DNA of 64,000 bases, from IMG/VR virus record IMGVR_UViG_3300044633_003049, positions 62,001-126,000 of that record. One strand, 5' to 3'. A model generated the notes under the pieces. It was not told the DNA's origin. It did not search any database and saw only the letters and a list, made by a program, of their open reading frames with translations. Below, piece after piece: positions 1 through 10,471 of this stretch. How positions within the stretch are numbered: the first letter of the stretch is position 1; each line of letters begins with the position of its first letter. The translations under genes and the position numbers were made by a program.

Positions 1-2025
1 TTCCGTAGTTATGTTAATATAAGAATTTTCATGATTCACACATAATGTCGGGACTAACATCCATTCAGGTAAAATATTTTTAACAAAATTACCCTCACCA
101 TCTATCCAATTTGCATCTATTTCATAATCATTTTTTTTAATTCCAATATTTAAAAAATATTTTATTTCTTCTTTTATCGATTCAATTTCTTGTGAATTAA
201 ATATGTGACTATAAAATTCATTTTCAGCATTTGGATTATAGTCAGGTATTAACGACCAATTTATATCCTCTAATAAATTATTTTTTTTCAATAAACATAA
301 CAACGCATACCTATGTCTTTTAGGTCCTTTATTAAAACACATAAAAAATTTACCTTTTTTTTCTGTTATTAAAGAACACTCTCCCTCCATTTCTAATACT
401 CTAGTTGATGAGAATGGTAAAAAATTAATTTTATATACGTTAATATCACTATTATGTTCTTTTTTAATATCATCAATTAATGAGTTATTATTAATAAAAT
501 AAAATTGTTTTGGATTTAAATTATTTTTAATTACAAAATTATTAAGTTCTAAAAACCCGTTTTCGTCATCTGATTCGTGTTCTGTAACAAATCCCACGTA
601 AAAATTTTCACATTTTAACAAAACATTTTTTAAATTTTCATTAAAAAATTGTTCAAATTTTGCTTGTTTAAAAATTTGTTCATAATTAAATCCATGTAAT
701 GTTATGAAATAATAAAAATTTTCATCGGGTCTCTCATATACTTCATTAAATCTACATTTTTTTAATTCAAATTTATCATTACTCGATAATGTATTTTGTA
801 GATATCCAAAAAAAAGTCCTTTATCTAAATATGACCACATTAAATGATGCATATCTCCAAAATGTAAATTAGGAAAATGTTTTTTACCGTTATAATTTGT
901 ATTGTCAATGTCTAACCAATCATCATACACTAAATTTATTGTATTTTTTTTAATCATATTTTTAATCGTATTTAAAAAGTAACTTGGGATTACATCCTGA
1001 TTAATTGCATCATGTACCTCATATGTATATTCTTTAAATAATTCAATTAATTCTTTTGGTAAAAAAGGATCTTTTTCTATGATTTCTAACGCTCTTTTTT
1101 TATTTCTTTTAATCTTATCTTTAATAATATTGTTTAAATCATTTAAATTTTTATTTTTAAGATTTAATAAATTATTAACTACACCATCAGTTCTTTCCTT
1201 TAAATTTGGTTTTTTATCAAATGTATAATCAATTATTTCGTGATATAATTCAAATCCATATTCTTCTAATATATAATTTTGGTTCATATAACCTAAACAT
1301 ATAAATGGTTGTTCTAATAAAATCGCCTTAAAGGTTTTTTCTGTTACAAAAAGAAAATCATCACTAGATTCTGTTACAATTGTTAAAAATGTATTGGGTA
1401 TCAATATTTGTTTTGTCCATTCATTTAATATTTGTTTTCCGTCGTCTTCTAAATCAATATTTAACAATGTTTCGTTCCAATATTTAAATTCGTAATTAAT
1501 TTGGTAATCATCGTATTTAATCATTCTCCAAGATACTAAACCATCGTTTAATAGTTCATGTTTTGATAGGTTATCAATTAATTCACATCTATGATATCTT
1601 GACTTATTATTGTAGCATAGATAAAGATAATTAAAATTATTTCTATCTATTATATTTTCAAAATTAGATATTTGTGATTTTAAATGGTACATTGTATAGT
1701 GTAACAATGAAGTTCCCCAGGGTAATATATTTATATAATCAACTATACGTTTATTACCAAATATTGATTCCGATTTATGTATGTGATGTTGGTATTCGGC
1801 ACCACAAATAATATATAATTTAATATTCCTATCAATCAATAAATTTTTAAAAATTTTAAAGTTTTCTTCGTTATCTAACGCACGAAAAGATGCCTCAGTG
1901 ATATTAAAAAAAAATATTTTGTTAAAATTATATCTTTTAATTTCATCAATAATGTAAGATAAACCTTGTCCTACTCTTCCATCAACATGTGATATATTAT
2001 AGATTCCAACTCTTTTATCTAACAT
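1..2025 (-). CDS. Tandem two-domain GT10-like ('TEK' family) putative glycosyltransferase, 3' end beyond window
   Basis: Not in ORF track. Hand translation is open from ATG 2025 (MLDKRVGIY...) to base 1 (>=675 aa). Domain 1: CYNNKSRYHR and IVTESSDDFLFVTEKTFKAILLEQPFICLG. Domain 2 starts in frame at ATG 957 (MIKKNTINLVYDDW...) with HESDDENGF and CFNKGPKRHR, paralogous to 6451-7716. Confidence 0.75.
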   Translation of the reverse strand, partial: MLDKRVGIYNISHVDGRVGQGLSYIIDEIKRYNFNKIFFFNITEASFRALDNEENFKIFKNLLIDRNIKLYIICGAEYQHHIHKSESIFGNKRIVDYINILPWGTSLLHYTMYHLKSQISNFENIIDRNNFNYLYLCYNNKSRYHRCELIDNLSKHELLNDGLVSWRMIKYDDYQINYEFKYWNETLLNIDLEDDGKQILNEWTKQILIPNTFLTIVTESSDDFLFVTEKTFKAILLEQPFICLGYMNQNYILEEYGFELYHEIIDYTFDKKPNLKERTDGVVNNLLNLKNKNLNDLNNIIKDKIKRNKKRALEIIEKDPFLPKELIELFKEYTYEVHDAINQDVIPSYFLNTIKNMIKKNTINLVYDDWLDIDNTNYNGKKHFPNLHFGDMHHLMWSYLDKGLFFGYLQNTLSSNDKFELKKCRFNEVYERPDENFYYFITLHGFNYEQIFKQAKFEQFFNENLKNVLLKCENFYVGFVTEHESDDENGFLELNNFVIKNNLNPKQFYFINNNSLIDDIKKEHNSDINVYKINFLPFSSTRVLEMEGECSLITEKKGKFFMCFNKGPKRHRYALLCLLKKNNLLEDINWSLIPDYNPNAENEFYSHIFNSQEIESIKEEIKYFLNIGIKKNDYEIDANWIDGEGNFVKNILPEWMLVPTLCVNHENSYINITTE

Positions 2026-2752
2026 TTATATTTTTTAAAAATGGTAATATTATTTCTTTTGTAAACATTTCATGCCCATAATCATTTGGGTGAATTCCTA
2101 TATATCCATTAAAATCAGGTTTATTAAAACCTTTATCTTTACAATTAATTTTAACCCATTCATGACACCCATTTATCGGTAAGAATTTCTCAAAATTTAC
2201 CATATTAAATAAATATTCAACTTCAGGATGTTTTAATGTTGTTTCGTTTTCTTTATTTAAAATATCCATATATGTGGTCATAAAATATTTTATATTATTT
2301 TTTTCTAAATATAATTGTACTAATAAAATATTTCGTAACGTTTCTATCATTGCACCTACATATGTATGGAAATTTTGATACCACATTTTAGCTAATGGTG
2401 TGTTCCAATGTGAATTTATTATAACCCAATTTTTACGGTTTTCAACTATACTTGTTGGGTTTTCTTCCCATCCGTCTACATTCTCTAATCTTAAATTATT
2501 ATCTATAAAGAAATTGTGTCTATCAATACCACTCCACATGATACCGACAATTATTTCTTCACTTTTTTTTGTTTTTAATTGTTCATTAACATTATATAAA
2601 ACCTTTTGAGCAATAATGTTATTTCCTTGACATGGCATTGATACGTTCAATAAGTCATATTCATTTAACTCTTTAAGTTTGTATGCCCAACTCCAAGGTT
2701 GGTGTGTAAAACTACAACCACTAGCAATTAAAATTTTTTTATTTTCCTCCAT
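2015..2752 (-). CDS. SGNH/GDSL-fold protein (putative sugar O-acyl esterase/transferase)
   Basis: N-terminal LIASGCSFT, GN block, IMWS, C-terminal HPNDYGH. Confidence 0.65.
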   Translation of the reverse strand: MEENKKILIASGCSFTHQPWSWAYKLKELNEYDLLNVSMPCQGNNIIAQKVLYNVNEQLKTKKSEEIIVGIMWSGIDRHNFFIDNNLRLENVDGWEENPTSIVENRKNWVIINSHWNTPLAKMWYQNFHTYVGAMIETLRNILLVQLYLEKNNIKYFMTTYMDILNKENETTLKHPEVEYLFNMVNFEKFLPINGCHEWVKINCKDKGFNKPDFNGYIGIHPNDYGHEMFTKEIILPFLKNINVR

Positions 2753-3878
2753 AATAAACTGTGTCTTTGTATTTTCTTTCTCTCCATGGGTCTAATACAA
2801 TACTACCTTCAGGGAAAACAGTATCATTATGTGTTCCTCTATGCCCTAATAAGTATATTGCGGGTCCGTCTATTAAATCAAAATTCATTGGGTAATTTAA
2901 ATAATGAGCGATTAATCTCGTATAAGAACCATCCACATACGGAACACCAGGTTTAAAACTTTCTCCCATAATTACAAGTGGTAAATTATATTTATCCTTT
3001 AGTTCCATCATTTTATTAGCAATATTATGTGCCTGTTCCTCTCTTGATTTCATTACTGCATCAAATAAATCATATGTTAAACCATATTCTTGTGCCATAA
3101 ACCTCAACGCAATATTATCTCTCGGATGACATCCTCCACCATCTCCCATTCCAGCTTTCATATAAGCCGGTCCCATAATTCTATACGAACTTCTCTCTAA
3201 TGCACCAGTAACAATATCGGTATTCATATTACCATTTTTTTCCGCTACATCCATTATCATATTCACTAATGATAACTTAGTAGAAATAAATGTGTTATAA
3301 AATATTTTAATAGCCTCCGCATCGTCCCATGTACCTATTTCACATCTTGTTTCGGGGTGTATGAATGTTCCGTAGAACTCTGTTAGTTTTTCCGCGTCTC
3401 CCGTTCTTGACCCGTCCTCCGTACCTATTATTAACATTTCTGGTTTGACCATATCTTCTTTAACTGTACCCATTGCAATTAGGTATGGATTATATATAAA
3501 ACGATAATTTTTAACCAATGGTATAAATTCACGTCTTGTGGTGCCGGGTAAAACTGTTGATATTAAAACAACTAACTGTTCTTTTGTTGTATGTTGATTT
3601 ATCTCATTCAAAATACCCTTAACAATTGAATAGTCAAAATCTTTTGGTTCCAAATGTGATGTTGGTTGACTCCCATCGTAATCTTTGTGATGTGGGGTCG
3701 GTACCGCAATGAATATCAATTCCCTATCTCTACAAACATCTTCTAATGATGTTGTCATAGATATTGTACTATCCTTAATTTCCATCACATCGTAACCAAG
3801 AACATCGTGATTAGCACTCTGCATAACTTCAGCGGCCTCTTTTCCTAATTTACCAATTCCAATAAATCCAATTCTCAT
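2739..3878 (-). CDS. ugd: UDP-glucose/GDP-mannose 6-dehydrogenase family
   Basis: GIGKLG Rossmann motif, FIAVPTP, STVLPGTT, AIKIFYNTF, catalytic-Cys motif GGGCHPRD, SFKPG. Confidence 0.9.
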   Translation of the reverse strand: MRIGFIGIGKLGKEAAEVMQSANHDVLGYDVMEIKDSTISMTTSLEDVCRDRELIFIAVPTPHHKDYDGSQPTSHLEPKDFDYSIVKGILNEINQHTTKEQLVVLISTVLPGTTRREFIPLVKNYRFIYNPYLIAMGTVKEDMVKPEMLIIGTEDGSRTGDAEKLTEFYGTFIHPETRCEIGTWDDAEAIKIFYNTFISTKLSLVNMIMDVAEKNGNMNTDIVTGALERSSYRIMGPAYMKAGMGDGGGCHPRDNIALRFMAQEYGLTYDLFDAVMKSREEQAHNIANKMMELKDKYNLPLVIMGESFKPGVPYVDGSYTRLIAHYLNYPMNFDLIDGPAIYLLGHRGTHNDTVFPEGSIVLDPWRERKYKDTVYYGGK

Positions 3879-5164
3879 ATTAATTTCTTTTTGTTACCAT
3901 TTTTATTTATATCTTCCCAAATACCTATTAAAACTTCTTTAATTGTTTTAGATTCGTCGGTTTCACCGTAATTTTCAAAATAATAAGTTTTGAAATGGTT
4001 GTAATTAAATTCACATATCTCAAACATTTCTTCTCTCAATTTTTTTAATTCATCTAAAGATTTTAAACTAAATTTTTCTAACTCATTAACAATCATTTTA
4101 GATCTTTTATCCCTATCAGGTTCATCATCATAACTCTCATCTATCCATCTATCAAACGTTTTGAAACCGATTGATTTTAAATACTTTAACGAATACTGAT
4201 TACCGTAAACCATAAATGGATGACCTACCATAATTGGTTTCCAAATTTTTTCAGAAAAAAATAGTGTCCCGTCATCAACTAATGTTTCCGTAACTACTGA
4301 AATAAATGTTTTTTTAAAATCTTCAACAGTTATGTTAACCGCCAAATTATATTTTAATTCAGGCATCGTATCAATCGTCATTGGTGTTTCATTATCAAAA
4401 AATGATTTTATATTATCTGAAACTTCATAAGGTATTTCTGAAATTTTATCTATACTAATTAATCCTTTATATATAAGATTTTTTTCCAATAAATCAATTA
4501 TAAATCTTATTCTTTGATGTCTATATTGTCTATTATAGGATAAAAAAAGATATTTTTCATTTGTCGGTTCAAAAGATACGATTCTCCCCTTATATTTATT
4601 CCACGGCTCAAAATGTGAAACCCCTTTTGCTCCAAACCCTAAATTTCTTTCAATTACTATTTTTTCTGACAATAAATTTCCACACACATAAAAGATAGAA
4701 TTTTTTGGTAAATTTGATTCTAATCTCCATTTTTCTATTATCTCAAAATCTTCATTATTTTCCATTCCGGAATAACCTTCATATATAAAAAACATTAATA
4801 TTTTAGATTTACCATTTCTTATATCATCTATATAATTCTTTGAAATGCATGAAAACCCAATATCTAAATTATTTTCAAAAAACGTATTCGTATATATATT
4901 AATAATGTATATATGTGACGAACCATTTAATTCGTTTTTTGGTGTATATTGAATTAAATTACAAATTTTAGGTGTAGTTTGATGTCTTAAATGTTCTAAG
5001 TCAAACATTTCACCATCTTCCGTTAATACATTCCATTCCCCCAATGTATGTGGAATTGCCAATTTTTTTGATTCCTTTATATACCAAGTTTTAGAAGATC
5101 CGTTAGGTCTGTAATAATCAAAAATACTGTCCCAATCTTCTAAACTACAAATAATTTTTTCCAT
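3875..5164 (-). CDS. GT10-like 'TEK' family putative glycosyltransferase
   Basis: SYNRQYRHQR; FISVVTET...FFSEKIWKPIMVGHPFMVYG; GFKTFDRWIDESYD. Confidence 0.6.
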   Translation of the reverse strand: MEKIICSLEDWDSIFDYYRPNGSSKTWYIKESKKLAIPHTLGEWNVLTEDGEMFDLEHLRHQTTPKICNLIQYTPKNELNGSSHIYIINIYTNTFFENNLDIGFSCISKNYIDDIRNGKSKILMFFIYEGYSGMENNEDFEIIEKWRLESNLPKNSIFYVCGNLLSEKIVIERNLGFGAKGVSHFEPWNKYKGRIVSFEPTNEKYLFLSYNRQYRHQRIRFIIDLLEKNLIYKGLISIDKISEIPYEVSDNIKSFFDNETPMTIDTMPELKYNLAVNITVEDFKKTFISVVTETLVDDGTLFFSEKIWKPIMVGHPFMVYGNQYSLKYLKSIGFKTFDRWIDESYDDEPDRDKRSKMIVNELEKFSLKSLDELKKLREEMFEICEFNYNHFKTYYFENYGETDESKTIKEVLIGIWEDINKNGNKKKLI

Positions 5165-5174
5165 ATTGATATAT

Positions 5175-5253
5175 GAAATATAAGAAAATTTATTTAAAAA
5201 AACAATAAATTAACTAAAACTATTCGGTATTTAATTATTTTTTATTATATTAG
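5175..5253. promoter_or_regulatory. Divergent promoter region with Bacteroidetes-like TAnnTT elements
   Basis: TATATTTC on minus strand (5175-5182) before the 5164 start; TATATTAG on plus strand (5246-5253) before the 5258 start. Confidence 0.5.
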
Positions 5254-5257
5254 TATT

Positions 5258-5890
5258 ATGGTAAAAAATTTAAACGATAATCTACCAATTGTTAGGAATT
5301 CACTTTGGGATAAACATGGACTTATTCAATTCGAAAGGAAAATGGCCGACTATTGGGAATCTGGTAAAGTAAGAGGTCCCATACATTTAAATGGTGGTAA
5401 TGAGGACGAATTAATTGAAATTTTTAAACGAATTAAAAAAACCGATTGGGTTTTTTCGACTTGGAGATCCCATTATCATGCATTATTAAAAGGTGTTCCT
5501 TCGGAATGGTTAGAACAAGAGATATTGGAAGGTCGTTCAATAACGATTATAAACAAAGAAGAGAATTTTTATAGTTCAGGAATTGTTGCCGGTATTATAC
5601 CGATAGCGGTTGGTGCGGCAATTGCAAATAAAAGAAATGGTAGTAATGACATAGTATGGTGTTTTTTAGGTGACATGACATATGAAACAGGTATTTTCAT
5701 GGAAAACCACAAGTATGCCAAAAATTTTGATTTACCTATTAAATTTGTCATCGAAGATAATGGAGTATCGACAAATACCCCAACAATTGAAACGTGGGGG
5801 GTTAAAAGTGGAGTTCCAAATGACATTATTTGGTATGACTACGAAAAGCAATGGCCTCACTATGGTACAGGTAAATGGGTTATATTTTAA
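5258..5890 (+). CDS. ThDP-dependent E1 alpha-like subunit (shortened)
   Basis: HLNGGNE, STWRSHYHAL, GIVAG, ThDP motif GDMT...G.F.E...LPIKFVIEDNG. Confidence 0.85.
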   Translation: MVKNLNDNLPIVRNSLWDKHGLIQFERKMADYWESGKVRGPIHLNGGNEDELIEIFKRIKKTDWVFSTWRSHYHALLKGVPSEWLEQEILEGRSITIINKEENFYSSGIVAGIIPIAVGAAIANKRNGSNDIVWCFLGDMTYETGIFMENHKYAKNFDLPIKFVIEDNGVSTNTPTIETWGVKSGVPNDIIWYDYEKQWPHYGTGKWVIF

Positions 5891-5904
5891 ACATTAAAAA
5901 TTAG

Positions 5905-6450
5905 ATGAATACACAACAACAAACACCTTATAAAGATGCATTGACTAACTCAATGACTTATTTAGGTCAACAAAATGATACAGTTTTTATTGGTCAACAA
6001 ATTATTTGGCCTGGAAACCCAATGAGTTCTACTTTAAATAATGTTTCTAAAGAAAAAATGATTGAGGTTCCTGTAATGGAAGATTCACAAATGGGAATGT
6101 CATTAGGGATGGCGATGGTCGGTAAGTTTGTTATTACATTCTACCCTCGTTGGGACTTTTTAATATGTGCAACAAATCAATTAGTTAACCATGTTGATAA
6201 AATTGGTTTAATGAGTGGTGGTGAATGGAAACCTAACATGATTATTCGTGTGGGTAAAGGTTCAGATAATCCATTGGATCCAGGTCATCAACATAAAGGT
6301 AATTATTTTAATGAATTTAAATCGATGTGTCCCAATATTAATTTTATCGATTTAAAAGATTGGGAATCAATTGAATTTCACTATAAAAATGCGTATGAAA
6401 AGGGTGGAATTCATGTTATAGTTGAGTATCCTGAACTTTATAATTTATAA
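5905..6450 (+). CDS. ThDP-dependent E1 beta-like subunit (pyrimidine-binding domain only)
   Basis: EVPVME...GMSLGMAM, DFLICATNQLVN, GHQH; C-terminal domain absent. Confidence 0.8.
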   Translation: MNTQQQTPYKDALTNSMTYLGQQNDTVFIGQQIIWPGNPMSSTLNNVSKEKMIEVPVMEDSQMGMSLGMAMVGKFVITFYPRWDFLICATNQLVNHVDKIGLMSGGEWKPNMIIRVGKGSDNPLDPGHQHKGNYFNEFKSMCPNINFIDLKDWESIEFHYKNAYEKGGIHVIVEYPELYNL

Positions 6451-7716
6451 ATGAATAACATTTTAAATTTAGTGTACGATATTTGGGATGGTGATGCTCC
6501 AATTTTTAACGGAAAGAGTCATTATCCGAATAAAATTTTTTGGGATTTTGAAGATTTTATAAAGTCGTATATTAATTCATTTTCAAATTGTGATGAGTCA
6601 GGTAAAATTGTAATTAAAAATCATAAAATTAAAGATGTTTATGACAATTCAAATGAAAAATTTTATTACGTAATTTGTCATGCTTCAATAAGTATTGATG
6701 AAATTATTAACGATAAACTAATCCTTTCTGAAGAAATTATTGAATGTTTAAAAATATGTAAAAATTTTAATCTTATATTTTTTTCTCATCATGAGTCAGA
6801 TAATGAAAATGGATTTGCCGTTTTAAATAACATTGGTGTTTCACCTAAACAAATATACATTGTTAATAACAATTATAAATTAAATCATTACGTCATTAAT
6901 TATAAGTCAGAAATTAACGTATATAGTATAATGTACTTACCAATCGTAGTTGCATTATCCCTTGAAAAAAATGACATACCATTTGATGTATATGAAAAAA
7001 ATAAATTTTTTATGTGTTTTAATAGAGGTCCTAAAATACATAGATGTAGCTTATTGATTTATATGTTAAAAAATAAATTATTAGATGACACAAATTGGTC
7101 TTTTATACCTTTATATTCTAAAAAATGTCAAAATTCAAATTATTTGTCTTTATTTGATGATAGTGAATTAGAGACACTACATGATGAAATTGAATATATT
7201 GATAATTTAAAAATAAAAATTAGTGACACCGAGGTAAATGATTTAGAATTTGATGATAATAATGAAATAACAATTATAAACCCAATTTATGTAAACAGGC
7301 TTTATCCACCAGACATACCGCACAATTATAAAAACGCATATATTAATATTGTTACGGAATCACAATTTATTGATTTAGGAAATGTTATTCATATAACCGA
7401 AAAATCATTTAAACCATTTTTTTACTATCAGTTTCCGATTATTTTGGCAACACACCACCACATTAAATCATTAAAAGAAAAATATAATTTTGATTTTTTT
7501 GATGATGTAATTAATCATAGTTATGATAATGAGCCGGATCAAAAGAAAAGATTTAAAATGATTACAGAAGAATTAAAAAGATTACATGAAAATAAAGAGA
7601 CTTTAATTGAATTTTATTCAAAAAATTCACAAAGATTTGAAGATAATAAAAACAAAGTAATTCAAATAGGCAAAAATAAAAGTGATTATCTTTTTATTAA
7701 AAATTTATTAAATTAA
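6451..7716 (+). CDS. GT10-like 'TEK' family putative glycosyltransferase
   Basis: CFNRGPKIHR; YINIVTES...ITEKSFKPFFYYQFPIILA; FDFFDDVINHSYD. Confidence 0.6.
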   Translation: MNNILNLVYDIWDGDAPIFNGKSHYPNKIFWDFEDFIKSYINSFSNCDESGKIVIKNHKIKDVYDNSNEKFYYVICHASISIDEIINDKLILSEEIIECLKICKNFNLIFFSHHESDNENGFAVLNNIGVSPKQIYIVNNNYKLNHYVINYKSEINVYSIMYLPIVVALSLEKNDIPFDVYEKNKFFMCFNRGPKIHRCSLLIYMLKNKLLDDTNWSFIPLYSKKCQNSNYLSLFDDSELETLHDEIEYIDNLKIKISDTEVNDLEFDDNNEITIINPIYVNRLYPPDIPHNYKNAYINIVTESQFIDLGNVIHITEKSFKPFFYYQFPIILATHHHIKSLKEKYNFDFFDDVINHSYDNEPDQKKRFKMITEELKRLHENKETLIEFYSKNSQRFEDNKNKVIQIGKNKSDYLFIKNLLN

Positions 7717-8450
7717 TAATGTGCTTTTATTATAAAATCATATAACATATCAGAAATTAATTTATACCCATGGATATTAGGATGTTGGGTTGGTCTATCT
7801 TTATAATTTTCACTATGTTCCCAAATATCTTCTCTGTTTGTATCGTTCAAGAAATCTCTTATGGTTTTTTTACCGAACCTCCAATAATATTTTTTATCAA
7901 TTATATCTAACCTATCATCATGTTTATTTAATTCAATTATCATACTTTCAAAAGCATCACACATTACATATTTAACTTCATAAAAATCAAACATCTTCTG
8001 TAAAAAAATAATATAGTTTTGGTTAACTATATTATAATAATTTTGATTAAATAAATTGGATACGTATAATTCTTTAAATGAACACAAAAAATTATTATAT
8101 TTTTCATTTTCACTTTGATATGACTCAACGAATTTGTGGGGATATTCTATTAAGTGTTTTATTGACCAGCTAACCCATTCGTTTTTAGGTAAAAATGGTA
8201 CCAAATCCCTTAAAGATGATGACCACATAATAACCACAATATCATTTTTTTCAATCTTACCTTCAATTAAATCGTCAACAATTTTATTAAAAATATTTAA
8301 ATTTGAATTTCCTGAAATGCCGTTATTAATGGATTTTACATTAAGTTTATCTGACACTATTTTTAGCCAAGAATGTTTTTTCCATTCATTTCTATTATTA
8401 GTGGTTCCTTGTCCCTCAGTCCAACTATCTCCATATCCATGTAACCTCAT
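7713..8450 (-). CDS. SGNH/GDSL-fold protein
   Basis: Likely start ATG 8450 (MRLHGYGDSWTEG), just after the upstream stop at 8452; GISGNSN, IMWSS, QHPNIHGY. Confidence 0.7.
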   Translation of the reverse strand: MRLHGYGDSWTEGQGTTNNRNEWKKHSWLKIVSDKLNVKSINNGISGNSNLNIFNKIVDDLIEGKIEKNDIVVIMWSSSLRDLVPFLPKNEWVSWSIKHLIEYPHKFVESYQSENEKYNNFLCSFKELYVSNLFNQNYYNIVNQNYIIFLQKMFDFYEVKYVMCDAFESMIIELNKHDDRLDIIDKKYYWRFGKKTIRDFLNDTNREDIWEHSENYKDRPTQHPNIHGYKLISDMLYDFIIKAHY

Positions 8451-8451
8451 A

Positions 8452-9063
8452 TTACTTATTAAATGATACAATTGAGTATCTTGGAAATTGTGCATACTCC
8501 TCAACTGAACTAACAAAGTGAGGTGATCTAAAAACTTTATTATTTAGTAATGTAACCCTATTGAATTTAGGTAGAACTTGTTTATTAAATTCAAAATCTT
8601 TATCATCAACAACGTTTAGTATTCCTCCCCAATCCCACATCCATTTTTCATTTACATAGTATATTAAATTAATGTGTCCACCATAATCATCAATGTGTGT
8701 TCTGAAGTAATCTCCTTTATCTGATTTGTGACATCTAATGTCAAATTCATTCAATTCAAATGGTGATACTTCCTTTAACATCGGTACAAAAAATTCATTG
8801 TACGTATTTTTAATATCTTCGTTTTGTTCTAATGTAACGGACCTACTATATCTTGTTGAGTATATTTCGTCTCCTTTAGGTAAGTAAGGTGATTCGGTTT
8901 TAAAAACGTGCTCAAAGTGATTTTCTCTTACTTGATGTTTAAGTTCCCATGTTTGTTCATTTACGAATAAATCATGTATTTTTTTTGCAACATCGGTCGG
9001 TAAAAAATTGTCAATTACTGTGTAACCAATTTCCAATAAATCGCTTTTGTTTTTAGTGTACAT
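8452..9063 (-). CDS. 2OG-Fe(II) oxygenase (prolyl-4-hydroxylase-like fold)
   Basis: IDNFLP, HxD (THIDD), WGGIL, PKFNR, distal His (PHFVS), 2OG-binding R (RYSIVSF). Confidence 0.85.
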   Translation of the reverse strand: MYTKNKSDLLEIGYTVIDNFLPTDVAKKIHDLFVNEQTWELKHQVRENHFEHVFKTESPYLPKGDEIYSTRYSRSVTLEQNEDIKNTYNEFFVPMLKEVSPFELNEFDIRCHKSDKGDYFRTHIDDYGGHINLIYYVNEKWMWDWGGILNVVDDKDFEFNKQVLPKFNRVTLLNNKVFRSPHFVSSVEEYAQFPRYSIVSFNK

Positions 9064-9073
9064 AAAATTACAT

Positions 9074-9514
9074 TTAACCTTCTTCTTCTGTTATGTCGGT
9101 TTTACTCCAACTTATTCCCCAATTTTGAAATTCAGCCGCCAAACAATCAAGTTTATAATCTTTTCTACCTCCCACAACTTCTTGTATTTTATTCTTTGCG
9201 GTATTTCTAACACCATTTAACCCATGTGTTAATTCTAAATTATTTCCATCTTTTATACCTTTACGATAATTAGATTCGTTATGCCAAATATGTAAATTGG
9301 TTTGTGCTAAAACAACTATTGCTCTGATGGTTTCTGCATTTATAGTGTTAGGATGTTCATTTAAAAATAATTGAACGTCATGTTGAATGTCTCTTATTTC
9401 TTGTGAGTATTCCTCTTTATGTTCAGTTATAAAAACTTCCTTTAATTGTGATATACTTAACCTATCTACTAATTCTGCCAAAGTCGGCAAATACTTTCTT
9501 TCGTTGTTTTTCAT
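9074..9514 (-). CDS. Helical protein, DUF6165/DUF4254-like
   Basis: ELVDRLSI..LK and N..IW..E..R...N..R...K..I pattern recalled for that family. Confidence 0.45.
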   Translation of the reverse strand: MKNNERKYLPTLAELVDRLSISQLKEVFITEHKEEYSQEIRDIQHDVQLFLNEHPNTINAETIRAIVVLAQTNLHIWHNESNYRKGIKDGNNLELTHGLNGVRNTAKNKIQEVVGGRKDYKLDCLAAEFQNWGISWSKTDITEEEG

Positions 9515-9520
9515 TTTATA

Positions 9521-10471
9521 TTATTTATTTTTTGGTATTAAGGAATCTCCCATTGTTATTATGTGTTTATATATGATTTCCGATATTACTTCATGACCTT
9601 TATATGATGGGTGTGAACATTTTGTAATATAACCATAATCACTTATTTTATCAATTGAAACAGATAATTTCCTAAAATTATCCATGCTCAATATTAAATC
9701 TAATAAATCGTCTCTCTTTTCTAAAGATAACAATAAATCAGTTACACATAAACTCCCATTTGGGTATAAAAACGTATTCCAATCTATTATATCAACTAAA
9801 CCATTAACTCTTTTTGGTTCCCTGTACATTGTGTTATCATCATGTGAAACACCTTTTATATTATCAATTAATGATTTTCTATTTATATCATTTTCAAAAC
9901 CACTTGTTAATACTAATTTAGCATTATTAACAATACACCAATTTTTTACTAATGATATATTTAACAATAATTCTATTACTGAAGATTTATCACTATGTGC
10001 ATAATTTAAATATCCACCAAAAAAATCTTTTTCTGGATTGTCATCATTAATTGAAGGCCATATTGTTTTAAAATGAACATGTTCAGCATATTCTTTATGT
10101 ACAAAATCAAACCTTTCTCTTCCACTTAACATAAAAACAACAATTTTTTCTTTTGCCATTTCTAAATTTAACTCTGGATGTAAATACAATTCATTTGCCG
10201 CCGCCCTGTTACCTCTCCCTAACATGCCAAAATTTATGGGGGTAAAATCAGTTAAATAATTTTCACAAATCTTATTAACCCATGAATTTTTATAATTGGA
10301 TTCTAAAACATCTACGTTCTCATTTAAATTCATTTTATTAATGTCCCAATCATATTTTTCCCACAAATCTATTGAGCAAGCTCCCTGCCCTTGGGTGAAA
10401 CTATCCCCTAACCCAATTAATATTTTTGAGTTTTTATCAATTTTTAAATTTTTTTCTTGCCAATAATACAT
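9521..10471 (-). CDS. SGNH/GDSL-fold protein
   Basis: IGLGDSFTQG, NFGMLGRGN, SHPSYKGH. Confidence 0.7.
   Translation of the reverse strand: MYYWQEKNLKIDKNSKILIGLGDSFTQGQGACSIDLWEKYDWDINKMNLNENVDVLESNYKNSWVNKICENYLTDFTPINFGMLGRGNRAAANELYLHPELNLEMAKEKIVVFMLSGRERFDFVHKEYAEHVHFKTIWPSINDDNPEKDFFGGYLNYAHSDKSSVIELLLNISLVKNWCIVNNAKLVLTSGFENDINRKSLIDNIKGVSHDDNTMYREPKRVNGLVDIIDWNTFLYPNGSLCVTDLLLSLEKRDDLLDLILSMDNFRKLSVSIDKISDYGYITKCSHPSYKGHEVISEIIYKHIITMGDSLIPKNK

Noticed and set aside
5258-6450. Pyruvate dehydrogenase pdhA/pdhB as a metabolic gene pair
   Set aside because: Both subunits are truncated, no E2/E3 in the window, and the context is sugar biosynthesis; symbols not assigned
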